A DNA stretch of 62,065 nucleotides, the filler included, from Clostridia bacterium (lineage in GTDB: Bacteria > CBDUZB01 > JAGLHV01), in the NCBI GenBank assembly GCA_030637025.1. It is 4 parts of 4 records of this genome, joined end to end, with 100 filler letters (N's around TTAATTAATTAA, not from the genome) between each part and the next. Parts side by side here need not be neighbours in the genome. Positions count along the whole stretch, not along the records: positions 23,405 to 41,479 come from DAOVVV010000042.1; 3 more parts are not named here. The stretch is one strand, 5' to 3'. A program made the translations under genes and the position numbers. Position 1 is the stretch's first letter. Every line of letters begins with the position of its first letter. Below, piece after piece: positions 27,176 to 37,800 of the stretch. The notes beneath the pieces are model-generated. The model made no database searches, had not been told where the DNA came from, and worked only from the letters and a program-made list of their open reading frames with translations.

Positions 27176-29509
27176 ATGGCTAATTATTTTACCCACTATT
27201 TATCAAATTCTGCATGGTTAATCACCTCTGAAGGATGGCATCCTAAACAACAAAATATTATTGAAACCCAACTCTCTCTCGGTAATGGATATATCGGCAG
27301 CAGAGGAATTCTGGAGGAAATTCCACGTAATTGTTTCCCCGGTACTTTTTTTAGCAACATTTACGATAAAGCAGGGGCACAAGTAACTGAATTGGTCAAT
27401 GCCCCCAATCCCATAGATTTCAGAGTAATCAGCAAAGGAGAAAAACTCGATGTTACGGCAATGGATGTTCTTGAACATAAACGAATTCTGGATATGCATA
27501 AGGGTTTTCTAATCAGAAAAACAATTTATAAAAACAGCAAGAAAAAAAGATTCAAATATCAATCAATGCGTTTTTTTAGTATGTTCGATACACATATTGC
27601 TGCAATGCAAGTTTGTATTACCCCCATTGATGATTCAGCTCATTTTACTATCGAAAGTGCAGTAAATTCTTCTATTACCAATAAAGGAGTCATTACCGAA
27701 GGAAACAAAAAACATGTGGACATCATAGAATTCAATAAATATGATAATGTTAACTATCTGTGTTTTAAGACATTAGACCAAAATATCTTACTTGCTTACG
27801 GCACCCAATTAAAAATAGAACAAAATAATAAAGTTTCCGTTGTTTCTACCCGCTCCTTTGATTTAACCGTAAAAAAAGAGGAGACTGTTGTTATTACTAA
27901 ATTCTTTACTTTCTATAATTCACTGGAAATCAACCCCCGGCAAATCCGAAACAAAACAATAAAAAACATCAAAAAAATTACCAAAAAAGGTTTTAATCAA
28001 CTCTTTACCGCCCATTGCAAGGTATGGACTAAAAAATGGAAAAAAGCTAATATTGAAATAACGGGGGATCCTAAAGCGGAAAAGGCGTTAAGGTTTAATA
28101 TTTATCATCTACTTATTTCTACCGGCACGCAAGATATTGATACCAGCATTAAAGCAAAAGCACTTAGTGGTGAAGGCTATCGTGGACATATTTTCTGGGA
28201 TACTGAAATATTTATCCTGCCCTTTTTTATTTATACCAATCCTCTTATTGCTAAAAATCTATTATTATACCGTTATCGCAGATTAAATATGGCCAGGGAA
28301 AACGCCCAACAAAAAGGATTTAAAGGAGCTATGTTCCCCTGGGAATCAGCTGATACCGGAAAAGATGTAACCCCCCAATGGTATAAAGACGTCGAGGGTA
28401 AAATTAAAAAAGTAAGCACTATGCAATACGAACATCATATTTCGGCTGATATTTCCTATGGAATTTACCATTATTTCCAGGCTACTAATGATTTCGATTT
28501 TATGTTAAATTATGGTTTAGAAATCCTTCTGGAAACAGCTCGTTTTTGGGCCAGCAGGGTAGAATACAATAAACGAACTAAAAAATATGAAATAAACCAT
28601 GTTATCGGTCCGGACGAATTTCACATTGATGTCAACAATAATACCTACACTAATTTAATGGCAAAATGGAATTTAGAAATTGCCAAAAAAACATATTTAG
28701 CGTTAAAAAAAGAATTCCCCGGCTCAATAAAAAGACTCACCAAAAAAATAAATTTAAAGTTAAAAGATCTGGAAAATTGGGGAAAAATAGCAGTTAACAT
28801 ATTTGTACCTTTTTCGAAAAAAACAAATATCCTTGAAGAATTTGACGGTTATTTTAAACTAAAAAAATTCCCTTTACCTGAATTAGACAGCAATTTCCTG
28901 CCCCTTCTCCCAAAAAATATTCACATTTTAGATAAAACCCAATTTGTTAAACAAGCTGATGTTGTTATGCTCTTATATCTATTACCCTCTTCCTTTGATT
29001 ATAATTTAAAGAAAAAAAACTATCTCTTTTACGAGAAAAGGACACTGCATAAATCATCACTTAGTGTTTCGATGCATTCTCTGATGGGAGTAGAAGTAGG
29101 TGAAAAAATTAAAGCCTACCGTTACTTTCTCAATTCTGTCTACGCCGACCGTAAAAACATTTACGGTAATACTATTGACGGAATTCATGCCGCTTCTTTA
29201 GGTGGAACATGGCAAACAGCTATTAACGGTTTTGCCGGGGTAAAGATTGATAAAGGGTGTCTTTCTTTTCAACCAAAATTGCCTGCCTGCTGGGAAAAAA
29301 TTAAATTTTTGTTACAGTGGAAAGGATATGAAATATCCGTAAACATAAACAAAGAAAAAATTCGTCTCACCCTTTTTTCTAAAAACAAAAAAGATACTTT
29401 ACCGATAAAAGTCTACGGAGCAAATCAAAAGCTGCAGGCAAATAAAAGCACCGTTTTTCTTAGAAAAACGAAACAAAAAATATCTTTGGATACCAAAGGA
29501 TTTTATTAA
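27176..29509 (+). CDS. Glycoside hydrolase family 65 (trehalose/maltose/kojibiose phosphorylase-like)
   Basis: LGNGYIGSRG, GEGYRGHIFWDTE, GAMFPWES, GPDEFH, VKQADV, HKSSLS. Confidence 0.93.
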   Translation: MANYFTHYLSNSAWLITSEGWHPKQQNIIETQLSLGNGYIGSRGILEEIPRNCFPGTFFSNIYDKAGAQVTELVNAPNPIDFRVISKGEKLDVTAMDVLEHKRILDMHKGFLIRKTIYKNSKKKRFKYQSMRFFSMFDTHIAAMQVCITPIDDSAHFTIESAVNSSITNKGVITEGNKKHVDIIEFNKYDNVNYLCFKTLDQNILLAYGTQLKIEQNNKVSVVSTRSFDLTVKKEETVVITKFFTFYNSLEINPRQIRNKTIKNIKKITKKGFNQLFTAHCKVWTKKWKKANIEITGDPKAEKALRFNIYHLLISTGTQDIDTSIKAKALSGEGYRGHIFWDTEIFILPFFIYTNPLIAKNLLLYRYRRLNMARENAQQKGFKGAMFPWESADTGKDVTPQWYKDVEGKIKKVSTMQYEHHISADISYGIYHYFQATNDFDFMLNYGLEILLETARFWASRVEYNKRTKKYEINHVIGPDEFHIDVNNNTYTNLMAKWNLEIAKKTYLALKKEFPGSIKRLTKKINLKLKDLENWGKIAVNIFVPFSKKTNILEEFDGYFKLKKFPLPELDSNFLPLLPKNIHILDKTQFVKQADVVMLLYLLPSSFDYNLKKKNYLFYEKRTLHKSSLSVSMHSLMGVEVGEKIKAYRYFLNSVYADRKNIYGNTIDGIHAASLGGTWQTAINGFAGVKIDKGCLSFQPKLPACWEKIKFLLQWKGYEISVNINKEKIRLTLFSKNKKDTLPIKVYGANQKLQANKSTVFLRKTKQKISLDTKGFY

Positions 29510-29525
29510 GAAAGGAAACCAAATT

Positions 29526-30716
29526 ATGTCCAAAAAAAAATTAAACATTGCTCAAATTCACTGGGGTTTTATTCCTATTATTGGCGGGGTGGAAACCCAT
29601 CTTTCTATTTTAATGCCTGAATTAGTAAAAAGAGGACACAATGTAAGTTTATTAACCGGCTCAGCAGAGCAGGAAAAAGGACGCTATAAATATCATGGAG
29701 TAGAGATACACCGGTCTCCGCTCTTTGACCTTAACTGGCTTTATCAAAGAGGCCTGGACGGGTTGGAAGAAGAAATTAATCAACTTTATAATTCTTTCTT
29801 TGCCGAAGCTAAACCGGATATTGTACACACACACAATATGCATTATTTTAGTAAAATCCATATTACTCTTTTAGAAAAACTTTGTAAAAAAAGAAATATT
29901 CCGCTTATTCTCACTGCTCATAATGTCTGGGATGATATCCTCTTTTTAAAACTTACCCGGGAAATAAACTGGTCTCATATTATTGCCGTAAGTCATTATA
30001 TTGAAAAAGAACTCTTTGGTATCGGTTGTGACGATAAAAAAACAACCGTAATCCATCATGGTATAGATATAGAAACCTTCCATCCACAAACTAAACTCTC
30101 TGATGTTTACAAAAAACATCCCCTTTTAAAAGGGAAAAAAATTGTTTTTCATCCGGCAAGAATGGGCATGGCTAAAGGTTGTGATGTAAGTATTAAAGCA
30201 ATAAATTTAGTCAAAAATCAATTTCCCGATGTATTATTAGTTTTAGCCGGAACAAAAAATATCATTGACTGGGGGGAAAATCAACAAAAAGAAATTGCTT
30301 ATTTTATCGATTTGGTAAAAACATTCAAATTAGAAAAAAATGTATACATTAACGCTTTTAGTCTTAAGGAAATGCCGGAACTCTACAATGTTGCACAAGT
30401 TTGTATTTATCCCTCTTCTTGCTCAGAGCCATTCGGACTTACTATGTTAGAAACCCTGGCTTCAGAAAAACCCCTGATCGTAACCAATAGCGGCGGTATG
30501 CCTGAAATCGTAAAAGACGGTATTTGCGGATACGTTATACCTGTAAAAGATTTTGAAACTTTAGCCGGAAGAATTAGTATGTTGCTGGCAAATAATGACT
30601 TACGGGAAAGACTGGGAAGATGCGGCAGGCAAACAGTAAAAAATAATTATACCAAAGAAATTATGACTAATCGTCATTTGGATATCTACTGTCAGGTACT
30701 TTCTGAAAATGCTTAG
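29526..30716 (+). CDS. GT4 glycosyltransferase
   Basis: PIIGGVETH, HHGID, EPFGLTMLE, GGMPEIV. Confidence 0.9.
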   Translation: MSKKKLNIAQIHWGFIPIIGGVETHLSILMPELVKRGHNVSLLTGSAEQEKGRYKYHGVEIHRSPLFDLNWLYQRGLDGLEEEINQLYNSFFAEAKPDIVHTHNMHYFSKIHITLLEKLCKKRNIPLILTAHNVWDDILFLKLTREINWSHIIAVSHYIEKELFGIGCDDKKTTVIHHGIDIETFHPQTKLSDVYKKHPLLKGKKIVFHPARMGMAKGCDVSIKAINLVKNQFPDVLLVLAGTKNIIDWGENQQKEIAYFIDLVKTFKLEKNVYINAFSLKEMPELYNVAQVCIYPSSCSEPFGLTMLETLASEKPLIVTNSGGMPEIVKDGICGYVIPVKDFETLAGRISMLLANNDLRERLGRCGRQTVKNNYTKEIMTNRHLDIYCQVLSENA

Positions 30717-30763
30717 AGTTTTATTTACCGCTGATAGAGACAAGCCTTTCTTTGCTTCATTTA

Positions 30764-32440
30764 TCAGCCTTTATAACTATTAGTAATCGGAAATTTTCTA
30801 TCTTTACTCAGAACTTTAGCAGTAATTTTTATTCCCGGGGAAGATTGTCTACGCTTATATTCACTTCTATCTATCATCCGGATAACCTTTCTTACTGTAA
30901 TAGCACGAATTTTATTAGCAGCTATTTCTTTAGAGTTTTTATCTTCTTCCTCATATCCTTTTATTATTTTATCTAAAATAGAATACGGCGGGAGTACATC
31001 CTGATCTTTTTGATTAATTTTTAATTCTGCCGAAGGGGCCCGGCTAAGAATACTCTCAGAAATTAAAAGCTTTTCCCCTTTTTTATTTACAAACCGGGAA
31101 AGCTCATAAACAAGCATTTTAGGGATATCCTTTATTACCGCAAAGCCCCCGGCCATATCTCCGTATAAAGTACAATATCCTACCGAACTCTCACTCTTAT
31201 TTCCGGTACTAAGAACCATCCACTTAAATTTATTAGAAAAAGCCATTAGAATATTTGCTCTTATCCTTGCTTGTAAATTTTCTTCGGTTACATTTTCTTT
31301 TAATCCTCTAAATTCCTTTTCCAGCACCCTTAAATAAACTTTCCATATCTTATCTATCGGAATTACCAGCAATTTAATTCCCAGATTTTTGGCTAAAATC
31401 CCGGCATCAGCTTGTGTTTCCGGTGATGAAAAACAAGAAGGCATAGAAATCCCAATAATATTTTCTTTACCTATGGCATCCCGGGCAATTGCTGCGGTTA
31501 AAGCAGAATCTACTCCTCCGCTTAACCCGATAACTGCCTTCTGAAAGCCATTTTTTCTTATGTAATCATGAGTTCCTAAAACCAGGGCCTCATAAATTTC
31601 ACCTATTTTATTCAATTTTTCGATTTTTCTCTTTGGTAAAACCGGTTTCTCGCTACTTTTCAAAGTATTTAATTTAATACTCTTTTTTAATTCAACGTTA
31701 CTTTTTGACCTTTTTATTGCTAAATCAGCAATAATCAAATCCTCCTTAAATCGTTTAGCCGTTGCAATTTTTTCTCCGTTTGGATTAAAAACCCCACTAC
31801 CCCCGTCAAACACAAGTTCGTCTTGTCCACCTACCTGATTGTTATAGCAAAAATAAGTTTTTGCTTTTTTTATCCATGGTACTAACTTCTTTTCTTTCAG
31901 CTTTACATTTCCAATATAATAGGGAGACGCTGATATATTTATAATCAGTTGAACCTTTTTATTTACTTGCTCTTTTGCTGTCTTTCCCTGCTCCCGAAAT
32001 TCTTCTCCGATATTAATCCCAAAAACAACCTTATTTAGAGAAAATAAAGAAAACTTTTTCCCCGGATTAAAATACTTTTTTTCATCAAATGTTCCAGAAC
32101 TAAACAAGTTTGTCTTATGATAAACTGCTTTTACCCTGCCGTTATTAATTATAGCAGCTGCATTATATAAATTCCCTTTTTTGTCTTTATCAGCAAAGCC
32201 CACAATCACCACTATACGGAAACTATCCTTTCGCAGTAAATTTAATGCTTTTAAATTATCTTTTACGAACTCTTTCTTTAATAATAAGTCTTCGGGTGGA
32301 TATCCACAGACGGCTAATTCGGGAAAGGTTATTATATCTGCTTTGAATTTTTGTGCTTTCCTGACAAACTGTACAATTTTATTTATGTTCCCCTTTAAGT
32401 CTCCCACAACAGGATTAATCTGTGCTAAAGCTATTCTCAC
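30764..32440 (-). CDS. nadE: Two-domain NAD+ synthetase; glutaminase nucleophile Cys replaced by Gly
   Basis: FPELAVCGYPPEDL, GLSGGVDSA, ENLQARIR, TGNKSE, GYCTLYGD; INIGEE in place of ICED. Confidence 0.92.
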   Translation of the reverse strand: MRIALAQINPVVGDLKGNINKIVQFVRKAQKFKADIITFPELAVCGYPPEDLLLKKEFVKDNLKALNLLRKDSFRIVVIVGFADKDKKGNLYNAAAIINNGRVKAVYHKTNLFSSGTFDEKKYFNPGKKFSLFSLNKVVFGINIGEEFREQGKTAKEQVNKKVQLIINISASPYYIGNVKLKEKKLVPWIKKAKTYFCYNNQVGGQDELVFDGGSGVFNPNGEKIATAKRFKEDLIIADLAIKRSKSNVELKKSIKLNTLKSSEKPVLPKRKIEKLNKIGEIYEALVLGTHDYIRKNGFQKAVIGLSGGVDSALTAAIARDAIGKENIIGISMPSCFSSPETQADAGILAKNLGIKLLVIPIDKIWKVYLRVLEKEFRGLKENVTEENLQARIRANILMAFSNKFKWMVLSTGNKSESSVGYCTLYGDMAGGFAVIKDIPKMLVYELSRFVNKKGEKLLISESILSRAPSAELKINQKDQDVLPPYSILDKIIKGYEEEDKNSKEIAANKIRAITVRKVIRMIDRSEYKRRQSSPGIKITAKVLSKDRKFPITNSYKG

Positions 32441-32460
32441 TTTTTTTCTCCACTTTTAAA

Positions 32461-32494
32461 TATAGGGCTGCTAAGTTTTTCAGCAGCCCTATAT
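32461..32494 (-). terminator. Hairpin between the homocitrate-synthase-like gene and nadE
   Basis: TATAGGGCTGCT...AGCAGCCCTATA. Confidence 0.6.
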
Positions 32495-32561
32495 AATATA
32501 ATCCAATGAGTCTTAGGGTTTTTCAGTTACACTAATAAAAATTTAAAATACCTATTCTTTT

Positions 32562-33803
32562 TTACATAGGTGTTACAGTTAAAATTTTCCTTGCCTGCTT
32601 AGGATAAGAGGCAATAAACTTTAACTCGTCGCTGGTTAACGGTTTTTGGGTATGGACATTAGAATAACGAACCAAATCCAATATTTCCGTTGCTTCTTTA
32701 TCATCTTTAAACTTAATTTCCATTTTTCCATAAACATTCCTAAACCCTTTTATTCCCCCATATTCTCCGGTAGTAATTTGTCTGCCTGTTTCAATTAGCT
32801 CTGCTTCTCCCCGACCCAATTCCTCAAAATGATAAAGTTCATAATTATCCCTGTCTTTTAAAGCTCCGTCGGCATGAATTCCCGATTCATGGGAAAAGGC
32901 ATTAGCCCCCACCCCAGGCTGATTAATGGGAAGAGGCACACCAAAAGCATAAGCCGCATATTTAGCAATTCTCCACGCTTTTTTTAAATTTATGCGTTCA
33001 TCCAGAAAATATTTTTTTCTAAACCCACTCGATTTTTTTATAGCTAAAATAACCGAAACTAAATCAGCATTACCCGCTCGTTCTCCCAGACCATTAATCG
33101 TCGTATTAATATAGGCATCCATTCCCGCATCAATAACTCCCTTTGCCCCGGCTACGGAAGTAGCTACTACCATTCCTAAATCATTATGACAATGCAACTC
33201 TATAGGCAATTGGATTTCTTTGGCCAAAGTTTTTGTTCTTTCGTAGATAGTAAACGGATCATCAAATCCTAATGTGTCACAATAGCGAATACGATCTGCA
33301 CCGGCTTTTTTTGCGGCAAAAGCAAATTCTATTAAATATTTCATTCTGCTTCGGGAAGCATCCTCCGCATTTACTCCAATACTTTCCGCTCCTAATTTAC
33401 GGGCCTGATGAACAGCTTTAACCATCTCCCTAATCACTCCCTGGTGATCCAATTTTCCCCTAAATTTATGCTTTATCATTTGTTCTGAAGTGGAGATGGA
33501 TAGATTCAAATGTTTTAGTTTCGGAACCCTTTTAAAAGCAATTTTAACGTCATTAGCCATTGCCCGTATCCAGCCACTTAACCTGATGGAATCCAGCTTT
33601 TCTACTTTAGCTAATTCCAAATTAGCATTTAAATAATTTGATTCGTGAAAAGTAACAGGAAAACCAAATTCCGATTGAAAAACTCCCATATCATTAAGAT
33701 ACATATTAATCATTGTTTTCTGCAATTTAGCTAATCCCAACCTGGCCGTTTGCACCCCATCACGATTAGTAACATCAATAATGTAAATCTTGTTTTTCGC
33801 CAT
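32562..33803 (-). CDS. Homocitrate synthase/NifV-like DRE-TIM enzyme lacking the LeuA regulatory domain; substrate uncertain
   Basis: DVTNRDGVQ, HCHNDLG, GLGERAGN, HESGIHADG. Confidence 0.8.
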   Translation of the reverse strand: MAKNKIYIIDVTNRDGVQTARLGLAKLQKTMINMYLNDMGVFQSEFGFPVTFHESNYLNANLELAKVEKLDSIRLSGWIRAMANDVKIAFKRVPKLKHLNLSISTSEQMIKHKFRGKLDHQGVIREMVKAVHQARKLGAESIGVNAEDASRSRMKYLIEFAFAAKKAGADRIRYCDTLGFDDPFTIYERTKTLAKEIQLPIELHCHNDLGMVVATSVAGAKGVIDAGMDAYINTTINGLGERAGNADLVSVILAIKKSSGFRKKYFLDERINLKKAWRIAKYAAYAFGVPLPINQPGVGANAFSHESGIHADGALKDRDNYELYHFEELGRGEAELIETGRQITTGEYGGIKGFRNVYGKMEIKFKDDKEATEILDLVRYSNVHTQKPLTSDELKFIASYPKQARKILTVTPM

Positions 33804-33861
33804 AATTATTTCTCCTTTTTGTAATAAAAAACTTTATTTTCAAATCCTGTTAAACCCTATA

Positions 33862-34374
33862 TTAACATTTAATTACCACTGTTTTTGCCATTTTATCATG
33901 CCATCCCTGGTGTTTCTTATCCCAGATAATCCATAAAAAACCCATAAATAAAGCCATAGAGGAAAGGATATATCCGAAATATCTCCACATTGCCTTTCCT
34001 GCGGTTAAGGGTTTTCCATCTATAGTTATGATTTTTATTTTCATTATTTTTTTCCCGATAGTTTGTCCGTTCCATAATACCCAAAACCCAATGAAATAAA
34101 AAGCCATTGCTAACTGCGCAAGCATATCAGGAATACTCTCTGCTCCAAAAACTACAAGAATAGCAAAACTAAAGCTTATTAGCGCAAAATCAATAATATA
34201 CGCTACCAGTCTTCTTCCAAAACCAACATAGGTATACAAAGAAGTTATAACTTCCGGCTCCGGGGTTTGCGGCTCTTTTTCCATAGATTCTTCATCCTTT
34301 TTTAAAATAGCCCCACAGACATTACACTTTAACTTATTTTCTCCGTTTTCATACCCACATTCCGGACATTTCAT
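33862..34374 (-). CDS. Zinc-ribbon + RDD family membrane protein
   Basis: CPECG..CNVCG; GRRLVAYIID, GQTIGK, WHDKMAKT. Confidence 0.88.
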   Translation of the reverse strand: MKCPECGYENGENKLKCNVCGAILKKDEESMEKEPQTPEPEVITSLYTYVGFGRRLVAYIIDFALISFSFAILVVFGAESIPDMLAQLAMAFYFIGFWVLWNGQTIGKKIMKIKIITIDGKPLTAGKAMWRYFGYILSSMALFMGFLWIIWDKKHQGWHDKMAKTVVIKC

Positions 34375-34537
34375 TTCCTTTCCCCCTACTTTTATAAAAT
34401 TTTATCTAAAACAAATTTTTTCCATCCATAGTTTTTATTCGCCCAAAATACTCCCCAAGTTTGTATCATTATAAACAGAAATATGTCTACTGTCAAGCTT
34501 TGTTTGGCAGAGGGTAATAATATCCGGTGGTTTGATA

Positions 34538-34610
34538 AAAAAGGTCTTTTCTTATTTTTTTGGTTTTAAAAAATAGCCGTAGCTTTTAGGGACGAATATG
34601 TCTTTGAATT
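34538..34610 (+). repeat. 73-bp direct repeat (distal copy of the dGTPase gene 3' end)
   Basis: 72/73 identical to 39589-39661. Confidence 0.92.
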
Positions 34611-37600
34611 ATTCTGTTTGGTCCGGATTGTTTTTTTTCCATAATTTTCTTAAAAAATCAATCCCTCGTTTACCATAAATATTGCATATTTCATTCGCTT
34701 CTTTTTTTATCTTTTTATCCTTTGATTTATAAAGAAATTCTACAATTGAATAAATATCTTCTTTTCGAAACTCAGGAGTATAACCTTCTAACATCTTCAA
34801 AAATATTTTGCCAATATATTTAACACCTTCACCTTTATCCTTTCGTTCCTCAAGATATTCAACGAAAAATGCCGCAGGGAAATAAATGTAGCTGCAAGAA
34901 GCAGTCTTCATCAACCAATTAAAATTCTTAGAATCTATTTTAGATAAAAACACTGTTAGTTTAGATAAATTAGATAATATTTCTTTGTCTTCTTTACTCA
35001 ATTCTTCTACTTTTTTATCTTTATATTTATCATAAACCCATTGACACCATTCGACAATTCTATTTTTTATTTTCACCCCCCCATCATCCTCAATCACATT
35101 GTTTCTTTGCATCCAGAAAAAACCGATAATTTCTTTTATTTGTGCTGTCTTCCATTTTTCTAACAATTTACCAAAAAGGCTATTTTCTTTAAAATTTTCA
35201 TGACCTCGCAAATACCCCAGGCTGATATGTTGTACCAACCGTTCTTTTATATCTTCATCTTTATCTTTGAAAAAATGTTTTATTGCTAACTCATAATGTC
35301 CTTTCATTAAAAAATACACATTTTTATTTAATTCTCCATTAAATAAATATCCTTCCATAAATGCTTCCCATAAAGATATTTTATTTCTGTATAGAGTTAA
35401 GAAATTTTCTATTTTATTTTCAACCCATTTTTTGTCCAGATAATGCAAGTTAGCACGGTATTGACCAACCAAAGTATATGCTTCAACAATCTCATCCTTT
35501 AACACTTTTTCATATTTCCTTTTTATATCAGTAGGCCATTTTGGTTCTTTTTTATTTCCTTTTCTATTTTCTACACGCGCAATCCTTAAAGCTAAATAAA
35601 TTAAGGCCGTAATATTCTTCCCAAAAGGAGAATTTAATGCCTGAATTACGGCACCTCTTTCTTGTTTTTCTTGTTTTTTTTCTTTATCTAAAAGAGTAAA
35701 CAGAATCTCTTTAGCAATTGTAAAGTATTTTTCTGAAAAGGCCCAAGAGTCACTTCGTGTTCCTTCCTGGATAAGTTCTCCAACCATCTCTGTTATCCAG
35801 GAATATTCAGCATCACGAGCATCCTCACCTTTTATTTTAAACTTACCTTCCCAAAACCCGGGTTTACCAATATATTCATTGATGAATTTAAAAAGTTTCT
35901 TCCAATCTATATATTTATTTTCTCTCCATGCATCTTTTATCCCCCCAAGGAGGTAATAAACATAATAATACCCAACATTTAGAAATGGAGAAAGATTTTC
36001 GATAAATTTACCTGGTTCTTCCTGCACTGTAGACTTAAAGGTAGTAGCTAATCCCTCTACCGTAGGAGGATTAAAAAGGTCTCCCCCTTTAAAGCTCATC
36101 ATAAACTTTACTAATTCTTCGTTTGGCATTTTTACAATCTGTTCTTTAGTTAAGGGTGATTCCCCTGGTCCCCATTTTGTTTGTATTTGGTGTGTTTCTT
36201 CATTTACTTCTGTTCCGGTTATTTTTTTCATCTTTTCATAGAATTCAACAAAATAAGAATCAGATTTTAAAGCTAAATACCATCTCTGTTTCCAAAGAGT
36301 AATTTCTTTCTTCTCGTTTTCTTTTGCAATGTAACGTTTAGGACCTTTTTCAATAGTAGATTTTATTTTTCCTTTTTGAGGTTGTGAGAAGGTTGAAACA
36401 TTATTTTTGAACAAGTTATATAACTCTGGTTTACAACCATATGTATCTAAAAGTTCTTCATCAAACCATTGCCAAAACAAACCATTGTATTTTGACCACT
36501 CTTTTCCAATGATAAAAATAACCATTTTTCTAAAAAACAAGTACTTATCTTCCCAAAATTCCTTTAATACTTTTCTTGTTTCATCTTTGTTTACCCTGGC
36601 TTTTGCTAAAAGAATATTTTTTAAAACATAAGTAAGCATCTCAAGTGCGTCTTTTGTAGGATGTAGAGATTCCTCATAAAACGATCTATAAGTTCCATTA
36701 TCATAAAGGTTCCGATAAAGATTTTGTATTTTCCGGTTTAATAATTTCTTATCTATCTTGTTAAAAATACCCTTTCTCGATATAATTTCCTCAGTTTTTT
36801 TTACAAATTCTTGTTTATTCCTGCAATTCTCTATCTTTATTGACTTTATTAACTTACTTTCACTTTGTTTTTTTAATAATATTTCTTCCCATACATCCTG
36901 TGGTTTCCTGTCTGTAATATCCTGAATTTCAATCTCGTAGTTATTCGCCTCATTCTCTTTTAATATAAGCAAACGTGAAATATTTGACAAATCAATTTTA
37001 CTTTCTTTTTGTTTGATTATTTGTCTAATCTTTTGTGATAAATCCTTAATAACTTTAACTCCACATTTTTCACCAATTTTTTGAGCGTTACCTTTAAATG
37101 CTTTTAAAAGCCAATAAGAATCAATGTCTATTTTGTACTCTTTTTCTTTTCTCAATAGGTTTGTTTCTCTTTTTTCAGAAGATTTCATAGATTTAATAGC
37201 AGTTATACTTTTAACAATTTCTTCTGCTTTTTCTATATTCTTAGACTTATCACTATTTAAGAATTTAGGCAGTAATTTTGTAGCTATTTCAGACCCAGCG
37301 AGTGTGCTATCAAACTTTGAATCAAGCCATATAGGAATTAATTTAATTATCTCCATTGGAATTTTATCATTGGGTATGTTCAATAAAATTTTCACAAAAA
37401 ACCACCAAGTACGATAATTATCTAAACTTTTATTGTGTTTAATATGATAATCTGTAACATTTTTTATAACCTCTAATAATTTATCAATATATTGTTCATT
37501 CCCGAGAGTAGTTACTTGTTGTGAAACTTTTTCTAAATATTGCAGAACATTCCACTCAGGAATTTTATAAGATCCTTTTTCTTCTGCTTCTATAAAACCC

Positions 37601-37800
37601 GGCGCTTTTTCCGGAGAAAAATAATCTCTTTCTTTTAAAGAATTAAACCACTGAATATTCTTGAGGTTCTTGAATAGATACGTTTCATATCCTTCTTCAG
37701 AATTAATGATATTAAATAAAATCTCTTCCTCTGATTTATTATAAGCCATAGAAATTATTTTATCTATTTTAAATACCTTCGGATAAAAATCAGTAACCAT
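34609..37800 (-). CDS. Large predicted alpha-helical hypothetical protein coupled to the SIR2 gene
   Basis: 1063 aa, Trp/Lys-rich, no enzyme motif recognised; AGGAGG 4 nt before an ATG that overlaps the SIR2 3' end. Confidence 0.8.
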   Translation of the reverse strand: MVTDFYPKVFKIDKIISMAYNKSEEEILFNIINSEEGYETYLFKNLKNIQWFNSLKERDYFSPEKAPGFIEAEEKGSYKIPEWNVLQYLEKVSQQVTTLGNEQYIDKLLEVIKNVTDYHIKHNKSLDNYRTWWFFVKILLNIPNDKIPMEIIKLIPIWLDSKFDSTLAGSEIATKLLPKFLNSDKSKNIEKAEEIVKSITAIKSMKSSEKRETNLLRKEKEYKIDIDSYWLLKAFKGNAQKIGEKCGVKVIKDLSQKIRQIIKQKESKIDLSNISRLLILKENEANNYEIEIQDITDRKPQDVWEEILLKKQSESKLIKSIKIENCRNKQEFVKKTEEIISRKGIFNKIDKKLLNRKIQNLYRNLYDNGTYRSFYEESLHPTKDALEMLTYVLKNILLAKARVNKDETRKVLKEFWEDKYLFFRKMVIFIIGKEWSKYNGLFWQWFDEELLDTYGCKPELYNLFKNNVSTFSQPQKGKIKSTIEKGPKRYIAKENEKKEITLWKQRWYLALKSDSYFVEFYEKMKKITGTEVNEETHQIQTKWGPGESPLTKEQIVKMPNEELVKFMMSFKGGDLFNPPTVEGLATTFKSTVQEEPGKFIENLSPFLNVGYYYVYYLLGGIKDAWRENKYIDWKKLFKFINEYIGKPGFWEGKFKIKGEDARDAEYSWITEMVGELIQEGTRSDSWAFSEKYFTIAKEILFTLLDKEKKQEKQERGAVIQALNSPFGKNITALIYLALRIARVENRKGNKKEPKWPTDIKRKYEKVLKDEIVEAYTLVGQYRANLHYLDKKWVENKIENFLTLYRNKISLWEAFMEGYLFNGELNKNVYFLMKGHYELAIKHFFKDKDEDIKERLVQHISLGYLRGHENFKENSLFGKLLEKWKTAQIKEIIGFFWMQRNNVIEDDGGVKIKNRIVEWCQWVYDKYKDKKVEELSKEDKEILSNLSKLTVFLSKIDSKNFNWLMKTASCSYIYFPAAFFVEYLEERKDKGEGVKYIGKIFLKMLEGYTPEFRKEDIYSIVEFLYKSKDKKIKKEANEICNIYGKRGIDFLRKLWKKNNPDQTE

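Noticed and set aside
32562-33803. nifV implying nitrogen fixation
   Set aside because: No nif genes nearby; the family includes citrate, homocitrate and citramalate synthases.
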